From: a virus
Taxonomy: Duplodnaviria > Caudoviricetes
Virus record (IMG/VR): IMGVR_UViG_3300023119_000004
Length of the DNA stretch: 64,000 bases
Direction: 5' to 3' (one strand)
The translations under genes and the position numbers were made by a program. The stretch's first letter is position 1. Every line of letters starts with the position of its first letter. This document shows, piece after piece, positions 21,156 to 31,360 of the stretch. The notes beneath the pieces are model-generated. The model had not been told where the DNA came from. It was given only the letters and a program-made list of their open reading frames with translations, and ran no database searches.

Positions 21156-22039
21156 AGATTAACATTGCAGAGCAAGATATTATATTCTTAAGTTACGATG
21201 AACCTAACTGCGAAAAGAATTATGTTGATTTATGCAAAAAAATTCCTTGGGCAAAACGTGTTCACGGAGTACACGGTTCAGATGCCGCACATAAAGCCTG
21301 TGCAGATTTGTCAGAAACAAAACACTTTGTAACAGTTGACGGAGATACTATTGTAGATCCGGAATTTTTAAATGTAGTTTTAGATTTAGACGTAATGGGC
21401 GTTGATGATGATTATCAATTTAGTTGGTGTGGACACATCGATGTTAACGGATTAAAATACGGCAACGGCAGTTTAAAAATGTGGACTAAAGAATTCGTTA
21501 AAAATATGAAAACACATGAAAACACCGACGGCAATGATGATACAAATATTGAATTTTGTTATTTTGACAACTATTACCAATTAAACGAAAACTATAGCAC
21601 TAGTATTATTAGTTCAACACCGCATCAAGCATGGAGAGCAGGATTCCGTGAAGGTGTTAAGATGAGTTTAAACAGAGGTGCAAGAGTTTCTGATCTTAGC
21701 AAAGACATTTGGTGGCAAAATTACCAAAGATTGTTAATTTGGATGAACGTTGGTGCAGATGTTACTAACGGAATTTGGTCAGTGTACGGTGCAAGGCAAG
21801 GATGTCATCTAGCATATTGTACAGATTGGGACATTTCACAAACTAGAGACTTTAAAATCTTAAATGAGATGTGGGAAAAAGAAAAAGATAAGGATGCTTG
21901 GGCATTAGATGAATCAATGGAAGAACTAGGAGCAAAATTAGGAGAAGCAGGACTGCCGATTAGTCCAAAACCTTTCGATGCTGGACAAAGTAAAATGTTT
22001 AAAGCAGTTTATGAAAACACTCCTAGAGTTATTAGATGA
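21152..22039 (+). CDS. GT-A fold (GT2-like) glycosyltransferase-like protein
   Basis: IIFLSYDEP..AKRVHGV..FVTVDGD (DxD). Paralogue of 28815..29498. Confidence 0.6.
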   Translation: MKINIAEQDIIFLSYDEPNCEKNYVDLCKKIPWAKRVHGVHGSDAAHKACADLSETKHFVTVDGDTIVDPEFLNVVLDLDVMGVDDDYQFSWCGHIDVNGLKYGNGSLKMWTKEFVKNMKTHENTDGNDDTNIEFCYFDNYYQLNENYSTSIISSTPHQAWRAGFREGVKMSLNRGARVSDLSKDIWWQNYQRLLIWMNVGADVTNGIWSVYGARQGCHLAYCTDWDISQTRDFKILNEMWEKEKDKDAWALDESMEELGAKLGEAGLPISPKPFDAGQSKMFKAVYENTPRVIR

Positions 22040-23403
22040 GCGAACTAGATAAAATTAAAGAAATAATGCCGATAGTAGAAGAGGAAACATCTCCTACTTT
22101 TTGTTTAGCAAAGTGGCATCATACTACTATCTATTTACAAACAGGTGAAACACATAGTTGTTATCATCCTGCTCCGCACCCTATACCATTAGAAGAATTA
22201 AAAGATAATCCAAGTGCATTGCATAACACTAAAGAGAAAAAAGAACAACGTAAGCAGATGTTATGTGGACAAAAGCCAGAAGGTTGTAACTATTGCTGGA
22301 AGATCGAAGCAATGGGCAAAGACTTTGTTAGTGATAGACATATCAAAACTACGAGTATCTATAGACCCGAAAGAATTACGGAAATAAAACAAAAAGGGGC
22401 GGATTTTAACATAAATCCGGAGTATATTGAGATTAACTTTAGTAATGAGTGTAATTTTAAATGCGGTTATTGCCATCCTAAGTTTAGCAGTAGATACTAT
22501 AATGAGATTAAAGAACACGGACCATATAAAATGTCAACAGCACATAGGCAAGACATTGACTGGTTTGAGTTATATGACAATGAAGAATCAAACCCCTATG
22601 TGAAAGCATGGTGGGATTGGTGGCCGGAAGTCTCCAAGACTCTTAATATTTTGAGAATTACGGGAGGTGAGCCTTTAATGCACAAGAGTACTTGGAGACT
22701 TTTCGACGAGTTGGAAGCAGATCCTAAGCCACATATTCAAATCGAAGTAAACAGCAATATGGGTGTTAAAACTAAACTAGTAGAAAAACTTGTAGAACGT
22801 ATTAACACACTAAAAGAAAAGAATTGTATTAAAAGTTTTAAACTTTATACAAGTATAGATACTTGGGGCGAACGTGCAGAATATACACGTACTGGTTTAG
22901 ATATTGAACTATGGGAAAAGAACTTAGATTACTATCTAACTAATACAAACTTTCCTGTAACATTTATGATTACATTTAATTTATTTGCTGTTACAAGTTT
23001 TAGTTTGCTATTATCAAAGATTTTAGAATGGCGTGTAAAATATAATAATGAAAATGCAACACAATGGCAACGTATTAGATTTGATACTCCACATTTAAAA
23101 GAACCTACAATCTTTGACATGAATATTTTACCTAAAGAAAAGTTTATGCCATATATGCAAGACCATTTAGATTTAATAGAGCGTTTTAAAGATGATAATG
23201 ACAACACAAAGTTTAGTAGTTTAGAATATGAAAAGTTTAGACGTGTTGTAGACTATATGGCAACTACTAATTATGAACCTGAAAAACTAGAACAAGCACG
23301 TAGAGATTTCTCACGTTGGTTTACAGAATACGATCGTAGACGCGGAACTAATCTTGTTAGTGTATTTCCAGAATTAGAGCAATTTTATAATGAGTACAAG
23401 TAA
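22036..23403 (+). CDS. Radical SAM protein with N-terminal twitch/SPASM domain
   Basis: N-terminal FCLAKW..HSCYH..GCNYC. SAM cluster motif NECNFKCGYC and ITGGEP. Confidence 0.85.
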   Translation: MSELDKIKEIMPIVEEETSPTFCLAKWHHTTIYLQTGETHSCYHPAPHPIPLEELKDNPSALHNTKEKKEQRKQMLCGQKPEGCNYCWKIEAMGKDFVSDRHIKTTSIYRPERITEIKQKGADFNINPEYIEINFSNECNFKCGYCHPKFSSRYYNEIKEHGPYKMSTAHRQDIDWFELYDNEESNPYVKAWWDWWPEVSKTLNILRITGGEPLMHKSTWRLFDELEADPKPHIQIEVNSNMGVKTKLVEKLVERINTLKEKNCIKSFKLYTSIDTWGERAEYTRTGLDIELWEKNLDYYLTNTNFPVTFMITFNLFAVTSFSLLLSKILEWRVKYNNENATQWQRIRFDTPHLKEPTIFDMNILPKEKFMPYMQDHLDLIERFKDDNDNTKFSSLEYEKFRRVVDYMATTNYEPEKLEQARRDFSRWFTEYDRRRGTNLVSVFPELEQFYNEYK

Positions 23404-24568
23404 AGATACATTTTGTATATTACCCTGGAGCCATATGTATGTCAATCCAGATGGCAATGTGTTACCTTGTTGTATTGGTAAGTGGGACAAACCTTTAGGA
23501 AATACTAAACATAATACTATTAAAGAAATTTGGAATAGCGAAGCATACAAAAAGTTACGTCTTGCATTACTAAATGGTGAACAACCAAACGAATGTTCGC
23601 AATGCTGGGCACATGAAGCAAGTGATGTTTGGAGTTTTAGAAAAGAAAATAATAAAAAGTTTTCTAAGCATTTAGGTGTGCGTGAACTAACTAATCAAGA
23701 CGGCAGTTTAGACGTAATGAAATTACTTTACTTTGATGTACGCTGGAGTAATATTTGTAATTTTAAATGTAGAACGTGTAGTGCAACATACAGTTCAAGT
23801 TGGGCAATAGAAGATAATGCGAACGGAAAGAACGTTCCTGTATATACATTTGCAGGAGGAGATTCTAATGACAGTTTGTTTGAACAGTTTAAGCCATATT
23901 TAAAAGATATTGAAGATTTTTATTTTGCAGGTGGCGAACCGTTAGTAACAGATAAGCATTACGAAATTTTAGATTATTTAATTGCTGAAAATAAAACAGA
24001 TGCAATATTACAATACAATACTAATTTAAGTAACCTAACTTATAAAGGTAAACTTGTAACAGATTACTGGAAACAATTTAAAAAAGTACAAGTAAGAGCA
24101 AGTTTAGATCATTATGGTTCTAAAGCAGAATACATTAGAGAAGGAACTGACTGGAATAAGATTATTGAGAATCTTAATTTTATTAAAAAAGAATGTCCTC
24201 ACGTAATTATGAGTTTTAATGCAGTAGTAAGTGCATTTAATATTGTTACACTTGTAGACTTTTTAGAATATATGACAGATAATGGATTTGACGTAAACAG
24301 TTGTACTTTATATAATCTTGTTGATCCTGTACATTATAGTGTTTCAGCAGTACCAACAGAAAAACTACAACACGCAAAACAACGTTTAGAAGAATATTAC
24401 AATAAAATAACTAATAGAGAACACAAAGAAACTATTAATAGTGTGTTAAAGTATATTAGCAATGTAGAATATAATCCAGACCATAATGCTATATGGGCAA
24501 ACAAAAATTCTTACTACGATCAAATACGTAAAAGAAGTTTTGCTGAAACTTTTCCTGAATTATTATAA
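23390..24568 (+). CDS. Radical SAM protein with N-terminal twitch/SPASM domain
   Basis: FCILPW..VLPCC..ECSQC. NICNFKCRTC and FAGGEP. Confidence 0.85.
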   Translation: MSTSKDTFCILPWSHMYVNPDGNVLPCCIGKWDKPLGNTKHNTIKEIWNSEAYKKLRLALLNGEQPNECSQCWAHEASDVWSFRKENNKKFSKHLGVRELTNQDGSLDVMKLLYFDVRWSNICNFKCRTCSATYSSSWAIEDNANGKNVPVYTFAGGDSNDSLFEQFKPYLKDIEDFYFAGGEPLVTDKHYEILDYLIAENKTDAILQYNTNLSNLTYKGKLVTDYWKQFKKVQVRASLDHYGSKAEYIREGTDWNKIIENLNFIKKECPHVIMSFNAVVSAFNIVTLVDFLEYMTDNGFDVNSCTLYNLVDPVHYSVSAVPTEKLQHAKQRLEEYYNKITNREHKETINSVLKYISNVEYNPDHNAIWANKNSYYDQIRKRSFAETFPELL

Positions 24569-25438
24569 ATGCAAGATTGGTTCTAATTGATCTGATTGAC
24601 GCAATCTAAGTTCATAGTTACAACTATCAACAAATCTTTGTCCTGAACTGTAAATATGAAACTTTGGAACACCTTTACTTGCACCGTTCATCATTGTAAC
24701 CCACTTTTTAAAACTTTCGGCTACTGCGGCATCGGTTTCGTCACGCCAGTTATGTTTAAAAACTGCTTTGAGATAATTGTAATATTCAACTATATGAGGA
24801 TGACCGTCTTGAAAATCTTTGTTTACAGTTTTTCTATCTTGTTTAAATTTCTTTTGAATATCGTTGTTCCAAAGAACTTCGTAAAAACTAGGCTGTATAG
24901 TTTCAAGAACTGGTCTGTAGATGTCTGCTAGTTTTTTAATTTTATCATGATGTTGTGTGCGTCTGTTTAAGTTCCATTGATCGGTGTAGTCAACAATTTT
25001 CATCATTTGCAAGAAATGAAATTGTGTTTTATGTTTTAGATGTTCGTTTGCCGCATAGATGAATGCAAAATCTCTAACGTAAGCACCATACTCACTAAAC
25101 CAAGTTTGCACCCACTTTTCGTCATACTCGCCTTGTGTGTAAATGTTACCCGGCACAAGCCAACCGTCACGTTGAGGAAGATATCTATCCTCTCTACAAA
25201 CATTAGTCCATTGTACAATAACTAGGTCTTCGTGTGTAAAATTATATACAGCATCTGCCTGCATTAGCGAATTAAAAATATAATGATTACCTGCACCCGA
25301 ACGACCAAAGTTTCTAAACTCAGCCTCAGGAAATTCTGCTCCGATAACATTTGCCCAAGTACCCCAAATATATGAAGTAAAACTACAACCAAATGTAAAG
25401 ATTCTTTTTGGTTTATTATGAATTAATTGTTTTGCCAT
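24563..25438 (-). CDS. SGNH-hydrolase-like protein
   Basis: IFTFGCSFT (block I variant), FGRSGAGN, C-terminal DGHP. Confidence 0.55.
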   Translation of the reverse strand: MAKQLIHNKPKRIFTFGCSFTSYIWGTWANVIGAEFPEAEFRNFGRSGAGNHYIFNSLMQADAVYNFTHEDLVIVQWTNVCREDRYLPQRDGWLVPGNIYTQGEYDEKWVQTWFSEYGAYVRDFAFIYAANEHLKHKTQFHFLQMMKIVDYTDQWNLNRRTQHHDKIKKLADIYRPVLETIQPSFYEVLWNNDIQKKFKQDRKTVNKDFQDGHPHIVEYYNYLKAVFKHNWRDETDAAVAESFKKWVTMMNGASKGVPKFHIYSSGQRFVDSCNYELRLRQSDQLEPILHL

Positions 25439-26684
25439 CTGCTGTATCTCTCATGTATTTACACAAATCAAAAAATTGTGCTCTTGTATGTTTACCTGCT
25501 AACATTGTTTTAAAATTATTTAACAGTTTATCACTTTCTGCATATTTCCATTTGACTTGTTCTTCCCAAGTCATATTTCTTAATTGAAGGACTACTCTTT
25601 CTAGTTCTGCATAAATCTTTTTCCAGCGTTTATAATCGTCTGGTTCGTCATCAAAACTATAATCAAAGCAGTCAAAAAGTTGATAGCCGTACTCTTGCAA
25701 CTTTTTGTTTGCACCTTGTTGCCCCCAAATAATAAATGGTTGCATATGAAACATTGATCTAAATGTTTTTTCACTCCAAAACTGACTAGTACCTTGCCAG
25801 TTTTCAGCAAACGTTTCGTTAACTATTTGAAATAACGTTTGATCGTGTAAGTGTGTATTAAGGAACATAGCATGGTTTGTAATAAAATCTTCTGTGTCTG
25901 CAACTAAAGGTAATACAGTTTTATTCCAGCGTCTTAAGTGTTTAGGTTCAATACCGTGGTCGCCTGGAATTTGACTAACATAACCATCCCAACTAAAATA
26001 TTTAGAATTAAAGTTTCCGTGACTTATAAGGCCGTCAAACAAGTAGTCACCGTGAAATATCTCCCAAGCAGACAATGTTCTATGTGGTCTATTAACTCTA
26101 CTTAAACTTAAGAATAGTTTATTCTTAAATTTTGACTTGGTTCCTTTTTTACTTGCTTTTAATCTTTTGTTTGCTTGTTCATTAATATCACCGTGTTGGT
26201 CCACAATAAGATTTGCACCTTGCACACCAAACAACATAGATTCAAAATTGTTAAAGCACATTAGTTTAATGCTTCTAGTAATTCCGTGTTCTTGATTGTA
26301 TCTTTTTAAATTATCATGATCTAGCATATTACTAGAAATATAAATTACTCTTTCGGGATCAACACCGTGTTCTTTACAATTAAAATACAGTACATCAAAA
26401 AATGGTTGATCGTAAATTGTGCTAAAGCCCTCGGTACTTGCATCAAAGATAAAAAATGTTTTCTTATCCTTTTTCAGTTGACGTAGATGAGATAAACGCA
26501 TTTGTCTAAAAATTGGTGCAGTTTTTGGCCATCTAGGATATTTAATCAATCCTTGATAAATGGTAATGTCCTTGTGTACAATACCACTTTTGTTAAATTC
26601 TTCTTTTAAAAACTCATAGGTTAGAGTGTTTTGCGGACACGATAAAAAATCGTTATGTTGAAAAAAGCCAATGATGCGATTCAT
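25416..26684 (-). CDS. Hypothetical protein, possibly GT-B-type glycosyltransferase-like
   Basis: Long ORF with C-terminal IVNETF..FWSEKTFRSMFHMQPFIIWG pattern; neighbours ugd and GTs. The ATG at 26684 is preferred over the TTG at 26699. Confidence 0.45.
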   Translation of the reverse strand: MNRIIGFFQHNDFLSCPQNTLTYEFLKEEFNKSGIVHKDITIYQGLIKYPRWPKTAPIFRQMRLSHLRQLKKDKKTFFIFDASTEGFSTIYDQPFFDVLYFNCKEHGVDPERVIYISSNMLDHDNLKRYNQEHGITRSIKLMCFNNFESMLFGVQGANLIVDQHGDINEQANKRLKASKKGTKSKFKNKLFLSLSRVNRPHRTLSAWEIFHGDYLFDGLISHGNFNSKYFSWDGYVSQIPGDHGIEPKHLRRWNKTVLPLVADTEDFITNHAMFLNTHLHDQTLFQIVNETFAENWQGTSQFWSEKTFRSMFHMQPFIIWGQQGANKKLQEYGYQLFDCFDYSFDDEPDDYKRWKKIYAELERVVLQLRNMTWEEQVKWKYAESDKLLNNFKTMLAGKHTRAQFFDLCKYMRDTADGKTINS

Positions 26685-26698
26685 GTTTCTGGGTTCCA

Positions 26699-26730
26699 AT
26701 AAATACTATGTATTTATATGCGTACTTAAT
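26699..26730. promoter_or_regulatory. Bidirectional late promoter: perfect inverted repeat ATAAATAC-TAT-GTATTTAT
   Basis: 26699-26717 gives TAAATA on both strands between divergent genes. An additional TAAGTA lies on the minus strand (GTACTTAAT 26722-30). Confidence 0.65.
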
Positions 26731-26744
26731 TAACGGAGAATAGT

Positions 26745-27917
26745 GTGAATATTGGATTTATTGGTTTGGGTAAATTAGGTTTACCTTGTGCAGAAGTTAT
26801 TGCAGAAAAAGGACACAATGTCAGCGGTTACGACATAGTTGATGTTAAGAGCGATTTAGTTTCAGTAAAAGAAACTATTAAAGAAGCAGTACATGATAGA
26901 GATATTGTTTTTATTGCAGTACCTACACCCCATCATCCAGACTATGACGGTAAGCAACCGACAGCACATTTAGAACCAAAAGATTTTTCGTATGATATTG
27001 TAATTGATGTAGTACGCGAAGCAAACAGACATATGAATAACAGTCAATTACTTGTGCTTATTAGCACAGTTCTTCCTGGTACAGTACGTAGAGAATTTGT
27101 ACAGCATATTACTAATCCAAGATTTGTTTATAATCCATACTTAATTGCAATGGGTACAGTTGCTTGGGATATGGTAAATCCTGAAATGGTTATGATTGGA
27201 ACCGAAGACGGATCTAAGACAGGCGATGCAAAAGAACTTATTGATTTTTATAAAACAATAATGGAAAACAAACCAAGATACGAAGTTGGTACTTGGGACG
27301 AATGTGAATGTATTAAAGTTTTTTACAACACATTTATTAGTACTAAAATTGGATTCGTTAATATGATTCAAGATGTTGCAGAACGTCAAGGTAATATTGA
27401 TGTTGATGTAGTTACTGAAGCATTATCAAAAAGTACACAACGTATAATGGGTCCAAAATATATGAAAGCAGGTATGGGCGATGGCGGTGCTTGTCACCCA
27501 AGAGATAACATTGCTCTACGTTTTATGGCACAACAATTAGACTTGCAATATGACCTATTTGATGCTATAATGAATGCACGTGAAGTACAAGCAAAAAATA
27601 TGGCAAAGTATTTGGTAAAACTTGCTTCTGCAAATGACTTGCCAATTTTGTTAAATGGAATTGCGTATAAGCCTGATGTTCCATACAAAGACGGAAGTTA
27701 TAGTTTGCTTGTAGGACACTACTGTAAAGAATTAGGATATCACTGTATTGAAGTCGATCCTTTAGCAAGTCCGCAAAAAGGTCCTTTTAGTGCAGTTGTT
27801 TTACTAGCACATCCTAAACTTTATTGTTTCCTCAACGACGATAGTATTGTTGTTGACCCGTGGAGAGAATTTAAGTCTGATACGCTTAAAGTGTATCATT
27901 ATGGTAATACAAGATGA
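26745..27917 (+). CDS. ugd: UDP-glucose/GDP-mannose dehydrogenase family protein
   Basis: IGFIGLGKLGLP Rossmann motif, FIAVPTP, ISTVLPG, catalytic GGACHPRD. GTG start with GGAG RBS. Confidence 0.85.
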   Translation: MNIGFIGLGKLGLPCAEVIAEKGHNVSGYDIVDVKSDLVSVKETIKEAVHDRDIVFIAVPTPHHPDYDGKQPTAHLEPKDFSYDIVIDVVREANRHMNNSQLLVLISTVLPGTVRREFVQHITNPRFVYNPYLIAMGTVAWDMVNPEMVMIGTEDGSKTGDAKELIDFYKTIMENKPRYEVGTWDECECIKVFYNTFISTKIGFVNMIQDVAERQGNIDVDVVTEALSKSTQRIMGPKYMKAGMGDGGACHPRDNIALRFMAQQLDLQYDLFDAIMNAREVQAKNMAKYLVKLASANDLPILLNGIAYKPDVPYKDGSYSLLVGHYCKELGYHCIEVDPLASPQKGPFSAVVLLAHPKLYCFLNDDSIVVDPWREFKSDTLKVYHYGNTR

Positions 27918-28822
27918 AAAAAATTTTAATAGTTGGTGATAGCAATGCACTAGGTGAGTGGGGAACAATTATTCCTGGGCCGGGGTGTGCTAACAACAAC
28001 GATCCAGAAGTGTTTCGTCCTTGGAATAAAGAAAAATATTTAAGCGGTGATTTTCCTAAACCTTTTCAAGTTGTTTGGCCAGGCTTTGGTTATCATTTAG
28101 ATCAAATGGGTCATTGTACAGTTAACTATGCTTTTGGCGGAGCAGGAAATTTCGAAAGTATTTTTAAAGTTGAAGAAGCACTAGGATTAGCACCTTGCTT
28201 TACAAGTCCTGTTTTTTATAATCCTGATTTAATTATATGGATGCTAACAGAGCCTTGTAGAGATTTAAAAAGAAGTTTATGGCCAGATGAAGCAGGCTTG
28301 TATGATTTAGAGAAGTATCATAAACAAAGTGATCCGCTAGTAGCAGAAGCAAAGTCAATTAAAGAAATAAATGACGGCCTGCTTAAAATTGCACTAGACG
28401 GCGCACAAAAAATTTATGAAGAAACTAATATTCCATGGTTAGTAATTGAAGGCTGGGGAAAATTACCAGAAGATATTTCACAATACACTTTTATTAAACA
28501 CGTTCATCGCGGATGGATGGATAGTATTATAGAACGTCCGGTTCCGTTAATTAGTTCTTGGGGTACAGCAGAAAATGTACGTAGACGTAGACCCGACCTA
28601 ACAGAAAATGCGGCAGATGCATTACGTATGTTTGCTAGACAACGACCTGAACTAAACATTCCGGATATTCCAGAAGGTATAGAAACAGAATTTAGAAGCA
28701 TTGTTGAAGATTACGAAGTTGTTATTGACCTAATGAATAAAAGTGATAAGTTTCCAGATAACTGTCATGTTGATAGACATATACAAAAACAACTAGCAGA
28801 GGATATTGCAAAATATGTATGA
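27914..28822 (+). CDS. SGNH-hydrolase-like protein
   Basis: ILIVGDSNA (GDS block I), FGGAGN, C-terminal DNCH (DxxH). Confidence 0.55.
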   Translation: MKKILIVGDSNALGEWGTIIPGPGCANNNDPEVFRPWNKEKYLSGDFPKPFQVVWPGFGYHLDQMGHCTVNYAFGGAGNFESIFKVEEALGLAPCFTSPVFYNPDLIIWMLTEPCRDLKRSLWPDEAGLYDLEKYHKQSDPLVAEAKSIKEINDGLLKIALDGAQKIYEETNIPWLVIEGWGKLPEDISQYTFIKHVHRGWMDSIIERPVPLISSWGTAENVRRRRPDLTENAADALRMFARQRPELNIPDIPEGIETEFRSIVEDYEVVIDLMNKSDKFPDNCHVDRHIQKQLAEDIAKYV

Positions 28823-29498
28823 TATAGTTTTTATAAGTTGGCAAGAACCCAATGCAGATGAAGTATATGCAAAGTTAAAAGAAAAGTTTCCTATGGCTAA
28901 ACGTGTTCATGGTGTAAAAGGAATTCATAATGCACATATTGCCGCGGCAAAAAAATGTTTTACAAAAATGTTTTGGGTGGTAGACGGTGATGCTATTATT
29001 AAAGATGACTTTGATTTTAGTTACGAAGTTGACGAGTACAATGTAGATACAGTTCACGTATGGCGTTGTGAAAATCCTGTAAATGATTTAGTTTATGGGT
29101 ATGGCGGAGTAAAGTTATTACCTCGGTCATTAACACTAAAAATGAATACTGAGACAGTTGATATGACAACAAGTATTAGTGATAACTTTAAAGCAATGGA
29201 TCAAGTTAGCAATATTACTGCTTTTAATACAGATCCTTTTAATACTTGGAAAAGTGCATTTAGAGAATGTGTAAAATTGTCTAGTAAAATCATTGATAGA
29301 GAAGAAGATGAAGAAACTTTATTTAGACTTACTGACTGGTGTCAAAAAGGCATGGACAGACCATTCGGAAACTATTGTATCGATGGTGCTCGCCGTGGTA
29401 GTGACTTTGGTCTTGCTCACCGTAATGAGCCTGAGTCTTTAAAACTTATAAACGATTGGGATTGGTTGCATGAGCAATTTTCAAAAAATTCCATTTGA
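28815..29498 (+). CDS. GT-A fold (GT2-like) glycosyltransferase-like protein, paralogue of 21152..22039
   Basis: IVFISWQEP..AKRVHGV..FWVVDGD, and TWKSAFRECVKLS versus AWRAGFREGVKMS in the paralogue. Confidence 0.6.
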   Translation: MYDIVFISWQEPNADEVYAKLKEKFPMAKRVHGVKGIHNAHIAAAKKCFTKMFWVVDGDAIIKDDFDFSYEVDEYNVDTVHVWRCENPVNDLVYGYGGVKLLPRSLTLKMNTETVDMTTSISDNFKAMDQVSNITAFNTDPFNTWKSAFRECVKLSSKIIDREEDEETLFRLTDWCQKGMDRPFGNYCIDGARRGSDFGLAHRNEPESLKLINDWDWLHEQFSKNSI

Positions 29499-30450
29499 CA
29501 AGATTACACGCTTTGGTCAAAAAACAATGCTTGACGAAGGCGTGTTTTCTGTTAGTTGGATACTAGGAAGATTTTGTAATTACAAATGTAGTTACTGCTG
29601 GCCTTATGCTAATACAGACAAACCAGATCACTTTAGTTTGCAGACATATAAACATACAATAGATGAAATTAAACGCCAAGCAAATGATAACGGATTTAGC
29701 AAATTTCATTTTAGTTTTAGTGGTGGTGAACCAACAGCATACAAACACCTACTTGAACTAATTCAATACTATGAAGATTTTAAAAGTCCATATTTAAGTA
29801 TTCACATGACAACTAATCTATCTCCTAACAAGTCATGGTGGATGCGTTGGTTAGATAAAACCTTTGTTATGGATAGAAGAAGTTTAACAGCAAGTTATCA
29901 TGCAGAGTTTGCTGACGAAAAAGAATTTGGTGATAAGTGTTTAATGCTTATGGAAAATAATACACTTGTAACAGTTAATCAAGTTATGGTTCCAGAACAC
30001 TTTAACGAATATTACGATAGATGTGCAAGATTAAATGAAAGGGGAATTCATGTCACACTCAAGCCGCAATCAGATCCTACTGCGTCATTTGTGGTCTCTG
30101 GTTATACAGATGATCAACTGGAAAAATTACAAACAGGATTCCCGCAAGAAATCGACGGAGAAGAAGTCGCACAAGTTCGCCTCGAAACAAATGATGGAAT
30201 AAAATACGAAATAGATCAAGCAGAACGGTTTAATGCTTTTGGATTTAATAAGTTTAAAGGGTGGAACTGTAATGCAGGATATCAAAGTTGTATTATACGT
30301 GGTAATGAAGTTAAGAGGGCATATAGTTGTAGTGACGAACCATTAGGTACACTTACACACGGTTTTACGCTGTTTAAGACACCATCTAAATGCGTTACTG
30401 ATACTTGTGTTAGTAGTGCAGATAACAAAATACCAAAGGTAAAACTATGA
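29470..30450 (+). CDS. Radical SAM protein with C-terminal SPASM/twitch-like Cys cluster
   Basis: RFCNYKCSYC and FSGGEP. C-terminal WNCNAG..YSC..KCVTDTC. Confidence 0.85.
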   Translation: MSNFQKIPFDKITRFGQKTMLDEGVFSVSWILGRFCNYKCSYCWPYANTDKPDHFSLQTYKHTIDEIKRQANDNGFSKFHFSFSGGEPTAYKHLLELIQYYEDFKSPYLSIHMTTNLSPNKSWWMRWLDKTFVMDRRSLTASYHAEFADEKEFGDKCLMLMENNTLVTVNQVMVPEHFNEYYDRCARLNERGIHVTLKPQSDPTASFVVSGYTDDQLEKLQTGFPQEIDGEEVAQVRLETNDGIKYEIDQAERFNAFGFNKFKGWNCNAGYQSCIIRGNEVKRAYSCSDEPLGTLTHGFTLFKTPSKCVTDTCVSSADNKIPKVKL

Positions 30451-30761
30451 AGAAGTTATGGGAACGCCTCAAGGCGCATGATAAAAAAGTAAAAGAAGCA
30501 CAAGCAAATTTTAAAGTTTCTGATATAAAGAACAAATACGTTAGAGCATTTATGTGGATATTCATGCTTAAATTTGTATGGGATATTACTACATTATTTG
30601 AAAAATATTTTCCTATGAAAAAAGTATATAAGGTATTAGGTTTAGGTTGGACAAAGTTAGGCTATTATGTGTTTTGGTTATTATGGTTTATATTTGTAGT
30701 TGTATCATTGTATTACATATTAGGCGAAGAATTATTTGATCAACTGGTAAATGAATTATGA
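30447..30761 (+). CDS. Small membrane protein (104 aa)
   Basis: Two hydrophobic/aromatic segments; ATGA coupling on both sides. Confidence 0.55.
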   Translation: MKKLWERLKAHDKKVKEAQANFKVSDIKNKYVRAFMWIFMLKFVWDITTLFEKYFPMKKVYKVLGLGWTKLGYYVFWLLWFIFVVVSLYYILGEELFDQLVNEL

Positions 30762-31360
30762 AAATTGAATTAGATGATATTATGTTTTGGATGGACGCTA
30801 TACGCAATAGCGAAGACAAGTATCGCACACTTGAAAGTTTTTGGAAAGGACAGTTGCGTAGTAAACGTTGGTTAATAGAACAACTAGAACAATCAGCATT
30901 GCCTAGCAAAAATAGAATTGTAATACACGGAGGGTGGAACGGTGTGTTAGCAAGTATGATATTCAATAGCGATATTAATGTTGAACATATTACTTCGGTA
31001 GATATAGATTCAGAGTGCGAACAAATTGCTAGTACAATGAACAAACGTCAAGAGATGGAAGGACGTTTTAAATCAGTTACAGCAGATATGTGTGATTATA
31101 AGTATGAAGCAGATATTGTCATTAATACAAGTTGCGAACATATTACACAAGAACAGTACGAGCAATGGTTAAGCAATGTTCCACAAAATGCTACTATAGT
31201 TTTACAAAGTAATGACTATGATGAGTTAGATGAGCATATTAACTGTTCAAAGGATTTAATGAACTTTTCAGATAAATCTAAAATAAAAGTTTTTACTGGT
31301 GCAACACTTAGGCTCGATAAGTATAATAGATTTATGATTATAGGTAAGAAACGTGTATAA
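30758..31360 (+). CDS. Class I SAM-dependent methyltransferase
   Basis: IVIHGGWNGVL motif I, ITSVDID motif II, VINTSCEH. Confidence 0.7.
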   Translation: MKIELDDIMFWMDAIRNSEDKYRTLESFWKGQLRSKRWLIEQLEQSALPSKNRIVIHGGWNGVLASMIFNSDINVEHITSVDIDSECEQIASTMNKRQEMEGRFKSVTADMCDYKYEADIVINTSCEHITQEQYEQWLSNVPQNATIVLQSNDYDELDEHINCSKDLMNFSDKSKIKVFTGATLRLDKYNRFMIIGKKRV

